From Podarcis tiliguerta (Eukaryota), in assembly GCA_965153285.1 (NCBI GenBank), contig OZ229122.1: 64,000 nt of DNA; one strand, written 5' to 3'. The first letter of the stretch is position 1. Each line of letters begins with the position of its first letter. The position numbers were made by a program, and so were the translations under genes. The notes below the pieces were generated by a model that was not told where the DNA came from, searched no databases, and worked only from the letters and a program-made list of their open reading frames with translations. This document shows, in pieces, positions 1-12,964 of the stretch.

Positions 1-44
1 CATGGGGTCATGAAGAGTCGGACACGACTAAACAACAACAACAA
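1..44 (+). mobile_element. 3' end of an RTE/BovB LINE with (CAA)n tail, truncated by the window edge
   Basis: CATGGGGTCATGAAGAGTCGGACACGACTAAACAACAACAACAA resembles the recalled BovB 3' terminus (...CATGGGGTCGCAAAGAGTCGGACACGACT...). Confidence 0.75.
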
Positions 45-397
45 AGAGGGCCCCTACTAGTGGTGGCCCCAATGCTACAGCAGCGTGATAAGAAAAGAGG
101 CATGTGGCCAAATTTTCCCTTGCTGGTTCTCTGGCCATATTGTTAAGGCTTCATCTTGACGCCAAGCCTTTTTTGTGAATCTTGGATTCAGCATGTAGAC
201 ATTTTTTTTCTTTACTATTCCTTCATTGCACTCTTGAGTTTCAGTGACTTACAAGGTCCTAACATTCGTAAGATGTTGTCCTGTACAATGCCAGAAGAAT
301 TGCCAAATACCACTTCTTTCATCATCGTCCCCCCTGCCATACAGCTGCCAAGACTCACCAAAAAAAGGCTAACATCAGGATGCAGCCTTGGCAGTCT

Positions 398-712
398 GGC
401 CCCATCAGTGCCATATATTTAAAGCAGTATCGTACCACTTTAAATAGGCATGGCTTCTGTCAAAGAATCCTGAAAATTGTTAAGGGTGTCCAGAGTTGTT
501 AGGAGACCCATATTCCCATCATACAGCTACAATTCCTATATTTCCTTGGGAAGAGGGAATAGCTCTGAGATTTATAGCTTTGTGAGGGAACAGGGGTCTC
601 CTAGGAACTCTCAGCACTCATAGCAAATTCCAGTTCCCAGGATTCTTTGAGGGAAACCATGACTGTTTAAAGTGGTACAATACTGCTTTAAATGTATAGT
701 GCAGATCAGGCC
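398..712. mobile_element. Palindromic (foldback) MITE, probably PIF/Harbinger-like
   Basis: Long imperfect inverted arms: TATATTTAAAGCAGTATCGTACCACTTTAAA...AAAGAATCCTG on the left and CAGGATTCTTTG...TTTAAAGTGGTACAATACTGCTTTAAATGTATA on the right. A half copy lies at about 2850-3005. Confidence 0.6.
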
Positions 713-854
713 TCTGACAGGAGAAACCCAACATTCCCAAAGATCATGGAAACAGTACAACAGAACCACCTCCCCCCCCCCACCTCCATCTACCACAAGT
801 CTCTCCTCCAAGCTCTCCTGACATTCCCTCAGCTATGCTACCCCCAGTACTCAC

Positions 855-3800
855 CAAAATCCCATCTATCGGGATGGTGACTTTTTGCATCTCGATTTCT
901 TGAGCCTTCTGCTCCTCCACCTCAGCCTTCATCTCTTCCTCAGATGGCAATTCCTGCAAGGCAGTAGAACCAAGATGGAGCAAGTTTGGCCAAGACAATG
1001 ATTTCACTAGCCGTTGCAAACATAGTGCCCTCCACATGTTTTTGACTACAATTCCAAACCAGCTGTGCTGGCTAGGGCTGATGGGAGCTGTAGTCTAAAA
1101 CATTTGAGGGGCCAGTTTTTCAAAGGCTGAGTTAAGCAATCCTTTCCCCCCCCGAAAGTTGGTCCTTCTTTCCCCTCACCCAAATAAAACATCTCACCTT
1201 CTCATCTTCATCTCCACTCACTGGTTTCCCACCTGCGGAAGCCCTCCTCACCTCCACTTCAAATTCCAGATTCTCTTCTTCATCTTTTTCCTTCTTCACT
1301 CTTCTTCTAATTATCAGTTCTTTCTCACTGCCATCTTCCATCATTAACCTATTCTGGGAGAATGAACACTCTGGCTAGAAAAGGCAAAAACAGCAAAAAG
1401 TGAGCATTTTTACACGTATCTTATCCCTCTAGAGTCAAATAGTTCTCAAATGCTGAGACAGGCCTAGATGGCCTTAAGCCCACGTGAACCAGAGGTTACC
1501 AGCCTTTTGGAGGCAGTGAGCACATTTGGAATCCTGCAGAAGTACCATTGGTGCCCATCACAAAATGGCTGTTATGGGGTTGTGCAGAAGAGGATGAACA
1601 AATGCAAAGAGGTACTGAGCAGGAAGATCAAACAGTCTCATACACTGTGGATTTTGAGGGGATATTTACTGAGACCTTTTGTGGGCACCATAGGAGGTAC
1701 TGTGGGTACACTGGCAGCTGCTGCACTGGTGACCCCTGCACTAAACCAAGTACATCTCATCAACAGTATAGTGTGACCTATATGATCCTGGACAGCCCTA
1801 CTGTGTTTTACTGTCCCAGGAGGTCACCAAGGGTCATCACAGACAGCTAACAAGTCAAATGTTGTGCATGCCTAAGGCTAAGGAGGTAAGAAATGGTTGC
1901 CAGGGGAGACACCACTTTGTCAATTTCTCCTCACAGGATGGGTTCTCTGCAGCCAACTCAAACAGCCATTTTTAAAGTATCGAAATCACCACCGGTGCTG
2001 ACTTTTGCCAAAGGAAAGCAACTTATAGAAGAATACTAAAAATGATAACCATATATGTAGCACTCAGCATGCAGAATGTGTGGGTTTTTTTGCTTACAGG
2101 TAGGCCACTGAGCTTCCTGTGTGACAGTTTTCTCACACTATCCACTGTACTAGCAAAAAGCAACAATGTGAGTACGTAGCCCATTCCATAGTGTGCCACA
2201 ACTGCTCTTTGTTCCTTTCCAGCTCTCCAATTCTTAGTTTCTTAATAAGAGAAAAGAGCAAAATAATTCAGATTGAAGTTGAAGAACAATACTCTTGCAG
2301 GCAAGATCTTGTTTTTATCTCTAATGGATTCTCTTATTCATTTAGCGGTGGCTCATTCTTCAGAAATTAGCAGACAACACTTTCCATGGGATATAGATAT
2401 AGATAAAAATCACTGTGATGAAAAGTTGGAGCAAAGAGTGCTTGTATCTGGCAAAACTGTTTAACATCCATTTCTGTCATGTTCCAAGTCTTGGATACCC
2501 AAATGGTTTCCACCTACCAGGAGTAGAGATGATTCACATTCACGCCTCTAAAATTCCCTTTTCCAAGTTGTGGACAAAATATAACCAGGCCAATCACTTC
2601 AGTGTACATGCTGGTGTGTTATGTTCCAGAGTACATAAGAAAATCTTATCCAGCGTGCTATGGCAACTCCTGATTGATGGATTCTCTTCTCTTCTCTCTG
2701 CCAACCCCATTATCTTGTATAGTAGCAAAGATGGCGCTGAACTGAAATTTGTCACCTATCCGTCATGTTTATCATCCTCCTTGGGACAACTGCAGTTTGT
2801 AAGTAAGTTATGCAACCTCCTTTTAAGACTGTTTTCTGCATGTTATTTATGCCACATTCACACCATACATATAAAGTGGTACCATGCCACTTTAAATTGC
2901 CATGCCTTCCCCCAAAGAATCCTGGGAGCTGTAGTTTGTTAATGGTGCTGACAGTTGTTAGAAAAACACTATTCCCTACAGACCTACAATGCCTGGAGTG
3001 CTTTATCAATCTGTAAATCTGTATTCAGTTCTAATATCAACTGAAGGACGGTGGCGGCAGCAATCTTTAAGTAAGAAGACGAATGACATATTTTCTCCAT
3101 AAAAATCCAAATCAAGCTGCTTTTTAAAAAGGCTGGTTGGAAGGCTGGCAATGCTAATGAAGAATATTATACGTTAGAAACGGGTGCGGATGTAAACAGG
3201 AGCACTTTATACAGTGTATCCTTTTCTGCTATACAGTGGTACCTTGGGTTATAAACACCTCGAGTTACAAACACTTCGGGTTACAGACTCCGCTAACCTG
3301 GAAGTAGTACCTTGGGTTAAGAACTTTATCTCAGGATGAGAACAGAAATCGTGTGCTGGCGGCACATCGGCAGTAGGAGGCCCCATTAGCTAAAGTGGTG
3401 CTTCAGGTTAAGAACAGTTTAAGGTTAAGAACGGACTTCCAGAATGAATTAAGTTCGTAACCAGAGGTACCATTGCATAGATGTAGCCCTGAGATCTAGT
3501 CATTGGTTTGCTTTCATTACTCACCATGTTGTCACCCATTGGGATCTCAAGCATCTTCACCACAATTGGAGGCTCTTCCTCCTTCTCTGTTGCCACCTTT
3601 TCTGTTTTGCATGAAGTGGCAAGCCGTGTCCATTTCCTTGGAGAAGGTGGCAGAGGCTGAAAGAAGAGGTAAAGTAGCTGGGAGCAGATTTTACGTTATT
3701 TTTATTCATTAGATTTCTATTCCATATTTTTTCCAAGGAACTCAAGGCAGTATAAGCTGTTCTAGCCCTCACCCACATTATCCTCACAATAACCCTGTGA

Positions 3801-4923
3801 GACAGGCTAGCTTGAGAGAGAATGTGTGTGAGAGAATGAAATATGACTGGTCCAAGGTCACGGATCAGCATCAAGCTTGAATATCTGATCCTGCTCTTCC
3901 CACCCCTTAATCCAACACTATAACCCTACACTATATTGTTTTTCTATTAAGTCAGGCACAATAATACACCAACCAACCCTGTGTAATCTGGACAGGGCAG
4001 AACACAAGTAGCCAGCATAGCATAGCGGTCAGAATGCTACACTAGGATCAGGGAAGCCTGGGCTCCAATTCTCACATGGCCATGAAACCTGCTGGGTGCT
4101 CTTAGGCTGTCACTACCCCTTGGCCTAACAGACCTTACAAGGTTGTTGTGAGGGGGCAAAGGGAACATGTTCATCACCCTGAGCTCCTTGAAGAAGGATG
4201 GGATAGAAAGGCAATCAATAAACACTCCCTGCAAACCAAGAAGTTCTGGTCCATCCCATTGGATCTCAGAATCCTGGTTTTTCCAACCTATTCCCTCAAA
4301 TTCTGTCCCAGAATTATTTAGTAGGAAGCAAATTACACCCAGGACAGACACACATACCTCTAGTCCTGATTTTTCCTTCCTTCCACCTCACCACCCTCCT
4401 TCCGAACAAAAAAATCTCATAGGTCTGTCCCTGGAGATCTTGTATAGCCACACCTTGCTCTCCTGTGCTCTTTCCCTTTCCTTCTTTACTCTAGTCAGCA
4501 GCCCTTTCCGCCGTATCTCTGAGGATCCCCGAGATGTTCCCGCATTCTTCATCAATGGCCTGTCTGCATCCAATTTCTGAAGGTACAGAATGGGAAAACA
4601 AATACATACACAAACAAACGAATCCATTAGGTGACCAAATTAGGTCCTTACATATTTAAGGCACCAGATTGTCCCATGGTGCTGTTCACCCAGCATGAGA
4701 TTGCTTTAGTCATATCAGTCTGAGCAGAAACGGACATGATGGTTTGGTCTGTTTTCCACAAAGGAGTCTTTCTTTTAAACCCAGAGGCATCTGGGGAAAC
4801 ATTCAGTGTCAAAGCGCCTCTGTTACTTACCACACCCCCATCTTTGACCTCGGTTGGTGTGCCAGATATAGGAATCCCCTCTGACTTCTCTTCTTTCATG
4901 TCCTCCTTGTCCTCATCCATCAT
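855..4923 (-). CDS. Uncharacterised multi-exon gene encoding a Glu/Lys-rich protein; probably continues beyond the left edge
   Basis: Phase-0 exons with canonical AG/GT sites: 4923-4690 (ATG, MMDEDKEDMKEEK...ISCW), 4576-4454 (KLDADRP...RVKKERERAQESK), 3656-3525 (PLPPSPRK...EIPMGDNM), 1353-1198 (NRLMMEDG...RVKKEKDEEE...EDEK) and 953-855 (ELPSEEEM...TIPIDGIL). Every length is a multiple of 3. The donor at 4690 is weak, and further exons between 3525 and 1353 cannot be excluded. Confidence 0.55.
3234..3475. mobile_element. Tc1/mariner (Tigger/pogo-like) MITE
   Basis: TA|CAGTGGTACCT...AGGTACCATTG terminal inverted repeats. Same family as 63335-63573, in the opposite orientation. Confidence 0.8.
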
Positions 4924-5793
4924 TAATTTAAGTGCGGAAGTGAGTGGCTTTTGAGGGAGAAACAAAGGTAAGTGACCAAGGCTCTCCACCCTAAGCATAG
5001 TTATTATTAGAAAATTAAGTCCTCTTTAAACAACTCTTATTTGTAGACCATCGAACCCCCTACAAGTCAGTGCAGCTTTTTTGACTCACAACTATCCTGT
5101 GAGGCCAGCCACCTAGCTTAGATTCAGGAGATATTTAGATCTATTTTCCTATTGCCCCCAGCCCCCAATGAACATGGATGAGTCCACTTGGTTTGAATAT
5201 AGTATGGGAAGATGGATAGGGCCATGGCATGACTCAAGTCTGTCTGGAAATCCTGTCACTAATCCCTGATGCAAAGTGCTGTCTTCATAGAGAACGACTG
5301 GCTTATTTATGCACCCTTCACATGCTCAGAAGCACACAGCACTAATGTGTAGGTATCACAACTGCAGAGGGATCCCTGTGCAGGCCATGGCCTCAAATAA
5401 GACCCACCCTTCCCCGCAACCCCCAGGAGTCTCGAGCTCTTAAAACTTACCTCTTTTGTCTCTCAGTCTTGGCGTTTGTCTGCTCGCTAATATCACTAGC
5501 TCCGTAAGTTTAGCCTAATTACGTCTTAGAAATCCAAGGGGGGGGGGGTTGTGTTGTGATGCACACCTCTCTCTATTCCAAGCAACAGCTGCTTCTGGCA
5601 ACCCACGTGGTAGACACCCTTTTTTCTCCGCCACGTCCCTATGGAGAGTTAGGGTAGCTGGCAGCAGGATAAGGGGCTGGATAAGGAAGGGGAGACGGAT
5701 TCCCCACCCGGGGCCAGTACCAAGTCCGGGAAGGAAGTTGAGCCAAGGAGTGACTGCTTCCTGCGACCCAGGCTGGCTCCCCTCCCCACTCAC

Positions 5794-6520
5794 CCGGGCC
5801 TCTCTGGAGCAGGGGAGGAATGGTGGGGCTGCCGAGGGTGATGATGAAGATGATGATGATGCGGAGGAGGGCGCAGAGGTGGCTAGCAGAGCCGATCAAC
5901 GGGATCCGGAGGCTCCTCGCCCTTTGGCAAGCGCCTCGAGATGGGCGGCGGAATCGGCTCCGGCTGCGCTTTTGCGCCTCTTCCCTCCCCGAGAAGAGAC
6001 CCTGCTGAGTGGGGAGGGGGGGCTCCGGGGGACGGGGAGAATGTTAGACGTCGAGAGGAGGGTGGCGGAGGGGCGGTGCGCCTCGCAGATTCGCCAACGT
6101 TGCCTTCCCTCGTTCTCGCTCATTGGTGGAGAGGTCTGCAAGACAGGGAGAGTGGCAACTGCAGCAGCGGCGCCTGTTCCTGCCAGACGCGAGTAGGGGG
6201 TGGACCCAGGAGTCCTCCTCCCTACCTCCCTCCCTCCCACCCTTCTCCAGCCCCGCAAGCGACGAGTATTCGGGTTTTGAAATAGGGGCGGGGGCGAGGA
6301 GGAAGAGAGAGAAGCTCGGAGCCTCTGATCCGGAGCTTCTACTAGAGGCCACCCCGGAGGAACGTGTTTCCTCGTGGCAAGCGGGCTCTTGCAGAAACCG
6401 CGCCGTGGAATAGGGACGGGGGAGGCGGGGAGAGAATGCTGCTTCCGAGAATGTGCAGAGTAACGATCGCCTCTCGTCCGTTCGAATCCGGAAGGTGCAC
6501 CGTTAACACGGGAGTAGTGC
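5794..6520 (-). promoter_or_regulatory. CpG-island promoter and first exon of the minus-strand uncharacterised gene
   Basis: High CpG density. Minus-strand donor CGG|GTGAGT at 5794/5793, and a second probable UTR-exon donor GAG|GTAAGT at 5451/5450. Confidence 0.6.
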
Positions 6521-7167
6521 ATGGGAACATGCCTGGGAGCAAAGGTTGAACCAAGACATTTCGCTGCCTGAGGGCAAGGACAGCGGGACACTCCACTGCC
6601 CGGAGGGAGATCAGCAGGGTAGTCACAAAGGGGCTTGGGGGGCAAGGTGTATGACACACAGCCCTCTTCAACAACAGAAATTGTGTGTATTCCCCCAAAT
6701 AATAATAATAGGCTGAAGTAAGAGGTAAAATAGCATCTGCTGGATTTCTGCCTGTTGTGCTGCTGTTAAAATGGCACAAAAGCCTGTCGTCAGAAAAGGG
6801 GTTGGCGGCAACTACCGGGTGTGATAGAAGCTGGAACTCTTAGCAGGAGAGGATGCAGGAATGGCTGGACCCATAGAAGATTCTCCCCACCCCCCTGCCC
6901 ATTTTATCCTTCACCAGCCCTATGAGTTGTTGGAATAGGCTGAGTGACTGACTCAGAGTAACCCAGTCGGCTTCATATGAGGGTGGGGATCTGAACCTAT
7001 CTCCACCTAGACCAGGGTGGGGAACTTCCATGAGTCTGAGGACTGATGGCATTACTTCATGGGCAACCTTGTAGGGGCGACATATCAATGATGGGCAGGG
7101 CCAGAGGCAAAAAGTAGACACAGCAAGAGGTAAAAGTGGGGAGAGCAACAGATGTGACCCTCATATT

Positions 7168-7626
7168 TGTAGTGTTAGGAGTTTGGTAGGAGAGGGGGTG
7201 GTCTGAATGCTTGGACCTCCTCCTAATGCCTGGACCCAGCATGGAATAGCCAAGCCAGCCTGGTGATGGCCTGCTAAAAATTGTGGACCTGCCTCCCTCA
7301 ACTGTCTGTTCCTTAGAAATACAAAAGGCCAGAGTGGAGAGATATGAGCTAGAAGCTGCAGGCAAAAACTACCGGCTGCAAGGGCAGAGAGAGCGAGAGC
7401 CAGGCCTGATTTATGCTGGAATCCAAGGCTGTGGGCTGTGGGAGAAGCAGGACCTCCTTGGGGCTTTAATGCTGTGCACCCCTCCATCATAGGCTCAGGT
7501 CGTATATATGTGTAAATAAACCATATGTCATAAAGACACCACAGTCCCCACTGTGCCTCATTCCCAAAGGAAACGCCTGGAACCCCTGTAATTTCACACT
7601 GCCCAGAGATTGGGGTGGCATGCACA
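7168..7626 (+). mobile_element. Possible solo LTR
   Basis: TG...CA-bounded segment of about 460 bp with an internal AATAAA near 7514. No convincing target-site duplication. Confidence 0.3.
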
Positions 7627-8731
7627 TCCTCAAAGGCACTTTTATTTTCAGGACCATGGGATAAGCAGATTTAGCTTTCGTTAAAAAAAAAGAAAAAAAA
7701 TAGCAAGACATATATATAGTGAAAGAGGGTACAAATATAACAGAAAACATTCACTGATGGGAAAATAAAATAAAATGCTGCAGTGATTGTGTGTTTGGCC
7801 AGGAAATGGTATAATGCAAGACAAGTTTTGTCCAAACTAATCAAGCAAATGTTTCTACTACTCTAATCTAAAAACAACCACCATGAAGTGATGAAACCCA
7901 AGCTACTTTCTTGCAGTTTTCTGTAGATTGTATGAAATATGATCAGGCTGTACACTCTCAGTATCTTTTAGAACAGAGTTAAGTACCAGCAGTCATTAGT
8001 AATGATCACTATATGGGAAAGAAAAAGATCACCTGCTGGTACTATTTCCTTTTCCGTATTCTTTCTTTTATTTAAATTATAATGGTTTTCTAACAAGCAG
8101 CTCTCCTGTGCCCACTTACCTGGTGTAGCTTACTTCTGAATGGAAGAAGTAAGTTACACCGAGGTGGATTTTGGTAATCTTTGTAATATGGCCACCCCCA
8201 AAATTTGGAACCCCCAAATGATTCTTCTCAATTATGGATATTCTCATTTTTTCTCCCCCTTGGCTTGGCACCCTGTGTGGGACCCACCTGTACCACCCTA
8301 AATCTGGCACTCATTCCACTGAACATAGTGGAATTTACATTTGGGGTGCACAGAACAATTAACAAGAATATTATAATTTGTAACAAAATTAATTTATTTC
8401 CTCTCAGTGTCAATAATAAGGTTTTTCATAGATACATGTGTTTTCCTCATGATTTCTGCAGCAAATCACCTCATATAAAAATAAGCCCCTATACCACTTG
8501 AGTGCTGCAATCATACCCATGTCTACTCATAAGTCCCATTTAATTCAGTGGGGCTTACCCCCAAGTAAGTGGGCATAAACTTGCAGCCTTGGACTTTCCA
8601 TTTGGATTCTAACAGTAGCTTCAAATTTGCCTTGGGACATCTGCACCCGCTTGGACTTGCGCTTCAGGCCCTCTCCCCAGCCAAGTGGATTCTAGTGAGT
8701 CCCACACCCCAGTAACAAGTTCCATTGCCAC

Positions 8732-10606
8732 TCAGGAAGTGTCAGGCGATTTCTTAGCCTGATGGATTGTCTCGTGCTGGTTACGGTTAGAGTTCTGACT
8801 GAAGCCCTTTCCGCACAGCCGACACTTGTAGGGCCTCTCTCCCGTGTGGATTCGCTGGTGCTCAATGAGGACCGAGCTGCGCGTAAAACTCTTGCCACAT
8901 TTCACACACGTGTAGGGCTTTTCTCCTGTGTGCGTAATGTGGTGCCGGATGAAATCCGTGCTGCGTGCAAAGCATTTCCCGCACTCAGGGCACCTGTAGG
9001 GCTTCTCCATCCTATGGCTTTTCTGATACTTCATCACCATCTTTGAGCTCCATGAGGAACTTCCCCCTGGAGACTGAGAGCCAAGTCCAAGCTCAGCTCT
9101 TGCACCTTCATCAATTCTTTTCAGGCTTTTAGGCCCACGCCTCTGAACCTCTGTCCTTTGCCAAGTTGATCCCCAGTGTATTGGGTCGCTCCTTTTCTCC
9201 TTCCCGTGAGTCCTCTCATGCTGCTTACAGTTGGAGCTCTGGCTAAATCCTTGCCCACAGTGGCTGCATTTGTATGGCTTCTCACCTGTATGGATTCTCT
9301 GGTGCTCCAGGAGGATTGAACTCCGACTGAAGCTCTTCCCACAGTCCAGGCACAGATAAGGCCTTTCTCCCGTGTGGGTCCTCTGGTGCCTCAAGAGGTC
9401 TGTGCTCCTGCGGTAATTTTTCCCGCAGTCGGGGCATTTGTAGGATTTTGTCTTGCCACACAAGGCCCACATAGGGTCCTTCAAGTCCCCTTTACAAAAA
9501 GTCGGCTGGTCTTTCGCAGAGCCTCCTTTCTGTAGCGCCTTATTTCCACTCCCGCTGGAGCTACTTGAGGAAATGGGACGTGGCTGTGCACCATCTTCCT
9601 GCAGGTTTTCCACTTTGTTCTTGCTCTCTGCAGGGAGAGACAGAATCCAGGCAGAATTTGCTCCATCTGCTGCAGACAGAAAAGAGGCTTGATCACCAAA
9701 TTAAGCTCTTGGTTTTGAAACAGAACCTAATCCACACACATTCAGTGGCAGGATTGGGGGGGGGGGCAGGTGTCAACCCGGGCACAATTTTGCACCCACT
9801 CTCCACCATGGTTCTGCTTGTGCAGACTCTTCTCTGACTCTTAGGTAGTGTGAGGCAGAATAAGGCAGGAATGGAGAAGCTTTTGGCCCACCAGATGCTA
9901 CTGGACCACAACATCCACTATCCTTGACCATTGGCCATGTTGGCTGGGCTGATCGGAGTCCAATAACATCTGGCGGGACACAGGTTTCCCCATCCCTGGG
10001 TTAAGTGCTGCAAGATGAGGAATCCCTCTGAAAAACATCTTGGGAAGAAAAAATGCACAGGAATATGGTGTGATATCTACCACAAAACCAAGAAGCTCCT
10101 GGGTTAAGAAATATGTAGGCTGCATCCATATGAAGAGAAAAACAGTGTTAAGGGTTTTCATGGGGTTTGCAGTACATAGTCTCCTAACCATGCCTACCCA
10201 GAATTAAGGCCTATGGAATTCAGTGGTGCTTACTTTCGGGTAAATGGGGTTAGGCTTGCAGTGTTACTCAGGAAACCTACTGCTGCAGTTTCATCTATCC
10301 CTTACACGCACACAAACAAACACGAGTCCATCTCCCACTTTCTAACACATAGGCAGACATTTCAAGATCCAGACTTTAGACCTGGCTAAAATTGCTATTC
10401 TAGGGCATATCCCTGGGTCAGGTTTAGCCCCGGTTTCCGAGCAAACCCTCCGTCCGTACCCCCCCCCCCCCATGCTCACCTGGTGTTAGCACCAGGGCAC
10501 TTCCAGCAGGGACGGGCAGGAGGAGGTACACGGAGCCGTCAGCAGGGCCTCCGAGCCACCGAGGGGGGCTGCGGGCAGGAACAGCCGAGGGAGCCCCTGC
10601 CGCCAT
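8732..10606 (-). CDS. C2H2 zinc-finger protein, 6 fingers in two triplets, no KRAB or SCAN domain (about 340-354 aa)
   Basis: Exon 1 is 10606-10480 (gctATGG; MAAGAPSAV...LVLTP; phase 1; donor CAG|GTGAGC). Exon 2 runs from an acceptor at 9627, 9666 or 9669 (all in frame) to TGA at 8732. Six CxxC...HxxxH fingers with TGERP/TGEKP linkers. Divergent from PRR14, like the human ZNF689 cluster. Confidence 0.85.
9866..9998. mobile_element. Short palindromic hAT-like MITE
   Basis: CAG...CTG ends with imperfect internal symmetry (CCAGATG...CATCTGG). Related copies at about 1035-1120, 10915-11030 and 19856-19990. Confidence 0.5.
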
Positions 10607-10930
10607 AGCAGGGGCAGCAAGCGGGTCGAGGGCGGCGCAAGGCGCGCGAGGGCCAGCCTGGACGAGCGCCACGCTTGTCGCGCACTTTCCCACTCAGCCG
10701 ACGCAGCGCGAGGCGCGGTGAGGAAGAGGGCTGGCTCTGCGCGGCATCCTGGGAGGCGTAGTTTCCCCAAGCGGGTGACATTTAAAAGAAAAGGTCTGGG
10801 TAGAAATAAAACCGATTGATCCTGAGAGCAGAGGACGGGCGAATCCTAGAGATGAAGGAGGGCGGAGGCAGCTATCATTTAGAACCGGTAAAGCGGTATA
10901 GCCAACGCGGTGCGCGCCAGATGCTGATAG
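10430..10930 (-). promoter_or_regulatory. CpG-island promoter of the zinc-finger gene
   Basis: Dense CpG and GC content around the first coding exon and upstream of it. Confidence 0.65.
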
Positions 10931-11864
10931 ACTCCAACTCCCATCAGCGTCAGCCATCATAGCCAATGGCAAGGGATGATGGAAATTGCAGTCCAACAAC
11001 GTCTGGGAAGGGGTCACATGGGGAAAATGCATGGTACAGTACCTTCATTCGGGCAAGGCTTCGACCAAGAAAATGGCAAGTGTAGGGCAGAGATTTGCTA
11101 AGGGATATCATTATTCTTATTGTTACCGGAAAAATCCGAGGGCTCCCTTGGACAAAAAGTAAAGACACCAACCAGAGTAAATTGGAGCAAATCAGCAGCC
11201 TGTAGGCTTGGCCTTTATTGTACTGTTGCAGCAGGGTGTTCCCCTCACTCGCAGGAGAGAGGAAAGACACAGAAAAAATGGTGTGCAAGACCTTATAAAA
11301 ACTTTTGAAATTCCCCTCCTCTAGGTCAAGCCCACCCCCAGAAACATCATGCATACATTACAGAAAGGAGGGGTTGAGGGAGGAGTTGTGGTGGTAACCT
11401 GAGTGTCCTGTCACCTAGCTGGTTCCTCCTTTCCCCCCCTCCCCATGAGTACTTTCCAGGTGACAAAGGGGAGCTTGCAGTTTCCTGCCCCCTGAGGGGA
11501 AATCCAATCACTGTTCTTTTGTTATAGTCCGTGTTGAATCCACTCCTGTATGCAGTCTGTAGTGTAGTTGATGGCCTTCTGTCTAGGACCATCAGGGTTG
11601 GCATAGCAACTGGGCAGGGCTCCTGTGGATGTGCTGCTATGCTCAAGGGATTATGGTGGACTGTATCAAACCTTCCCCATTTTGTAGTCCTTCCTTCATG
11701 GAGTAAAATAAAAGTGGAACAGTGCAAATCTGATGTATGGTTGATTTTCTATGAATTTATAACAGAAGTGTAGCGTATGTAGTGTGTGAGTGTGAGTGTG
11801 TGTGAAGTCTGTACAAACAGAATGATGGGGGGGGGGGTTCCTGCTACATTATTTAGTCATGAAA

Positions 11865-12306
11865 TTTGTATACCTCCCTTCATCCTTTAATCTCAGGGTG
11901 GTTCAAAACATAAAAATGGAAGATGAAGCACAAAATGTTTTACAAAAACGACAAGAAGACCACAAACTAATAACCCCCCCCCAAACACATTTAAAAGGGT
12001 ATAGGATATTAATCAGTGCAAGGCCTGGTTGCCTTCGCCTGGCACCTAAAGGTGTATATAATGAAGGTGCCATTCAAACCACCTTGGGGAGGGCACTCCA
12101 CAAACACAGAGCCACTGTAGAAAGGGCTCATTCTCATATTACTCCCTTCTTCTGGAGGAGGCACACACAGAAGGGCCTTGGAGGATGAATGCAGGGTGCT
12201 GCTGGGTGGTTCATATGGGGAGAGCCAGTCCTTGAGGTATTGTGGTCAGGAGCCATTTAAGGCTTTATAGGTCAAAACCAGTACTTTGAATGGGGCCTGG
12301 AAACTG
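11865..12306 (-). mobile_element. Degraded L2-type LINE 3' fragment
   Basis: Shares blocks (GAAGGTGCC...GGGAGGGC.TTCCACA...GCCAC...GAAAAGGC) with the copies at 27740-28075, 34115-34625 and 44078-44400. Confidence 0.5.
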
Positions 12307-12964
12307 CTTCTGTTGGAAGCAGTTTCTGTCTGTGCCGAAACCTGGCTGAAACCCAGGTTGAAATGGATCTAGAAAATCAGTTTCCTCCCCCTGAGTTTTC
12401 TAACCCAAGCTAAGCTAGCAATCCCTACCATGTCTACTCAGAAATAGGTCTAGGTGAATTCCATGTGGTAAATGGGGGTAAGGAGTGCACCTTTACTCAT
12501 CACTACTACTTTCAGAGAGAGATGAGGGGGAATATGCATAGATCCTGGTCGGTCTGATTCCTTGGCTAAGATCATCCTGTCTTGGAGGTCTCCTTTGACG
12601 CAGAAGCCTGCTTCTGAGCAGACATGCCTAGGAGTGTGGAGGGAATGAACTGGCAAGATGGTGAGCACTTCATACCTCAACATTTTAAAAAAAATATGAA
12701 CACAAATGTCTTTCCTCTAGGCGGATATTCCTCTTCTCCTAGGCCTTTGGCTAATTAAACAATATATAGCCCTTTAAACTGTGTGTGTTGGAGGCAGTAT
12801 TATTTTGTTTGTTACTATGTTATTTTTGTGTTTTTATGTTGTAAACCACCATGTGATCCTCAGATGAAGGGTGGTATAGAAATTTAATAAATAATAATAA
12901 TAATAACATATTAAACTAGTCTTTATGTGTGTGTGCTGTTTTGCACTGCCTTACAACGAACTTA

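Noticed and set aside
1480-2830. Additional candidate minus-strand exons (about 1640-1735, 2095-2250, 2755-2790)
   Set aside because: They could not be joined in a consistent phase without stops.
5549-6657. Long ORFs on both strands (215 and 253 aa)
   Set aside because: They lie in a GC-rich CpG island with few stops and have no domain. The minus-strand ATG at 6123 stops at 5896, before the donor, so it is a uORF at most.
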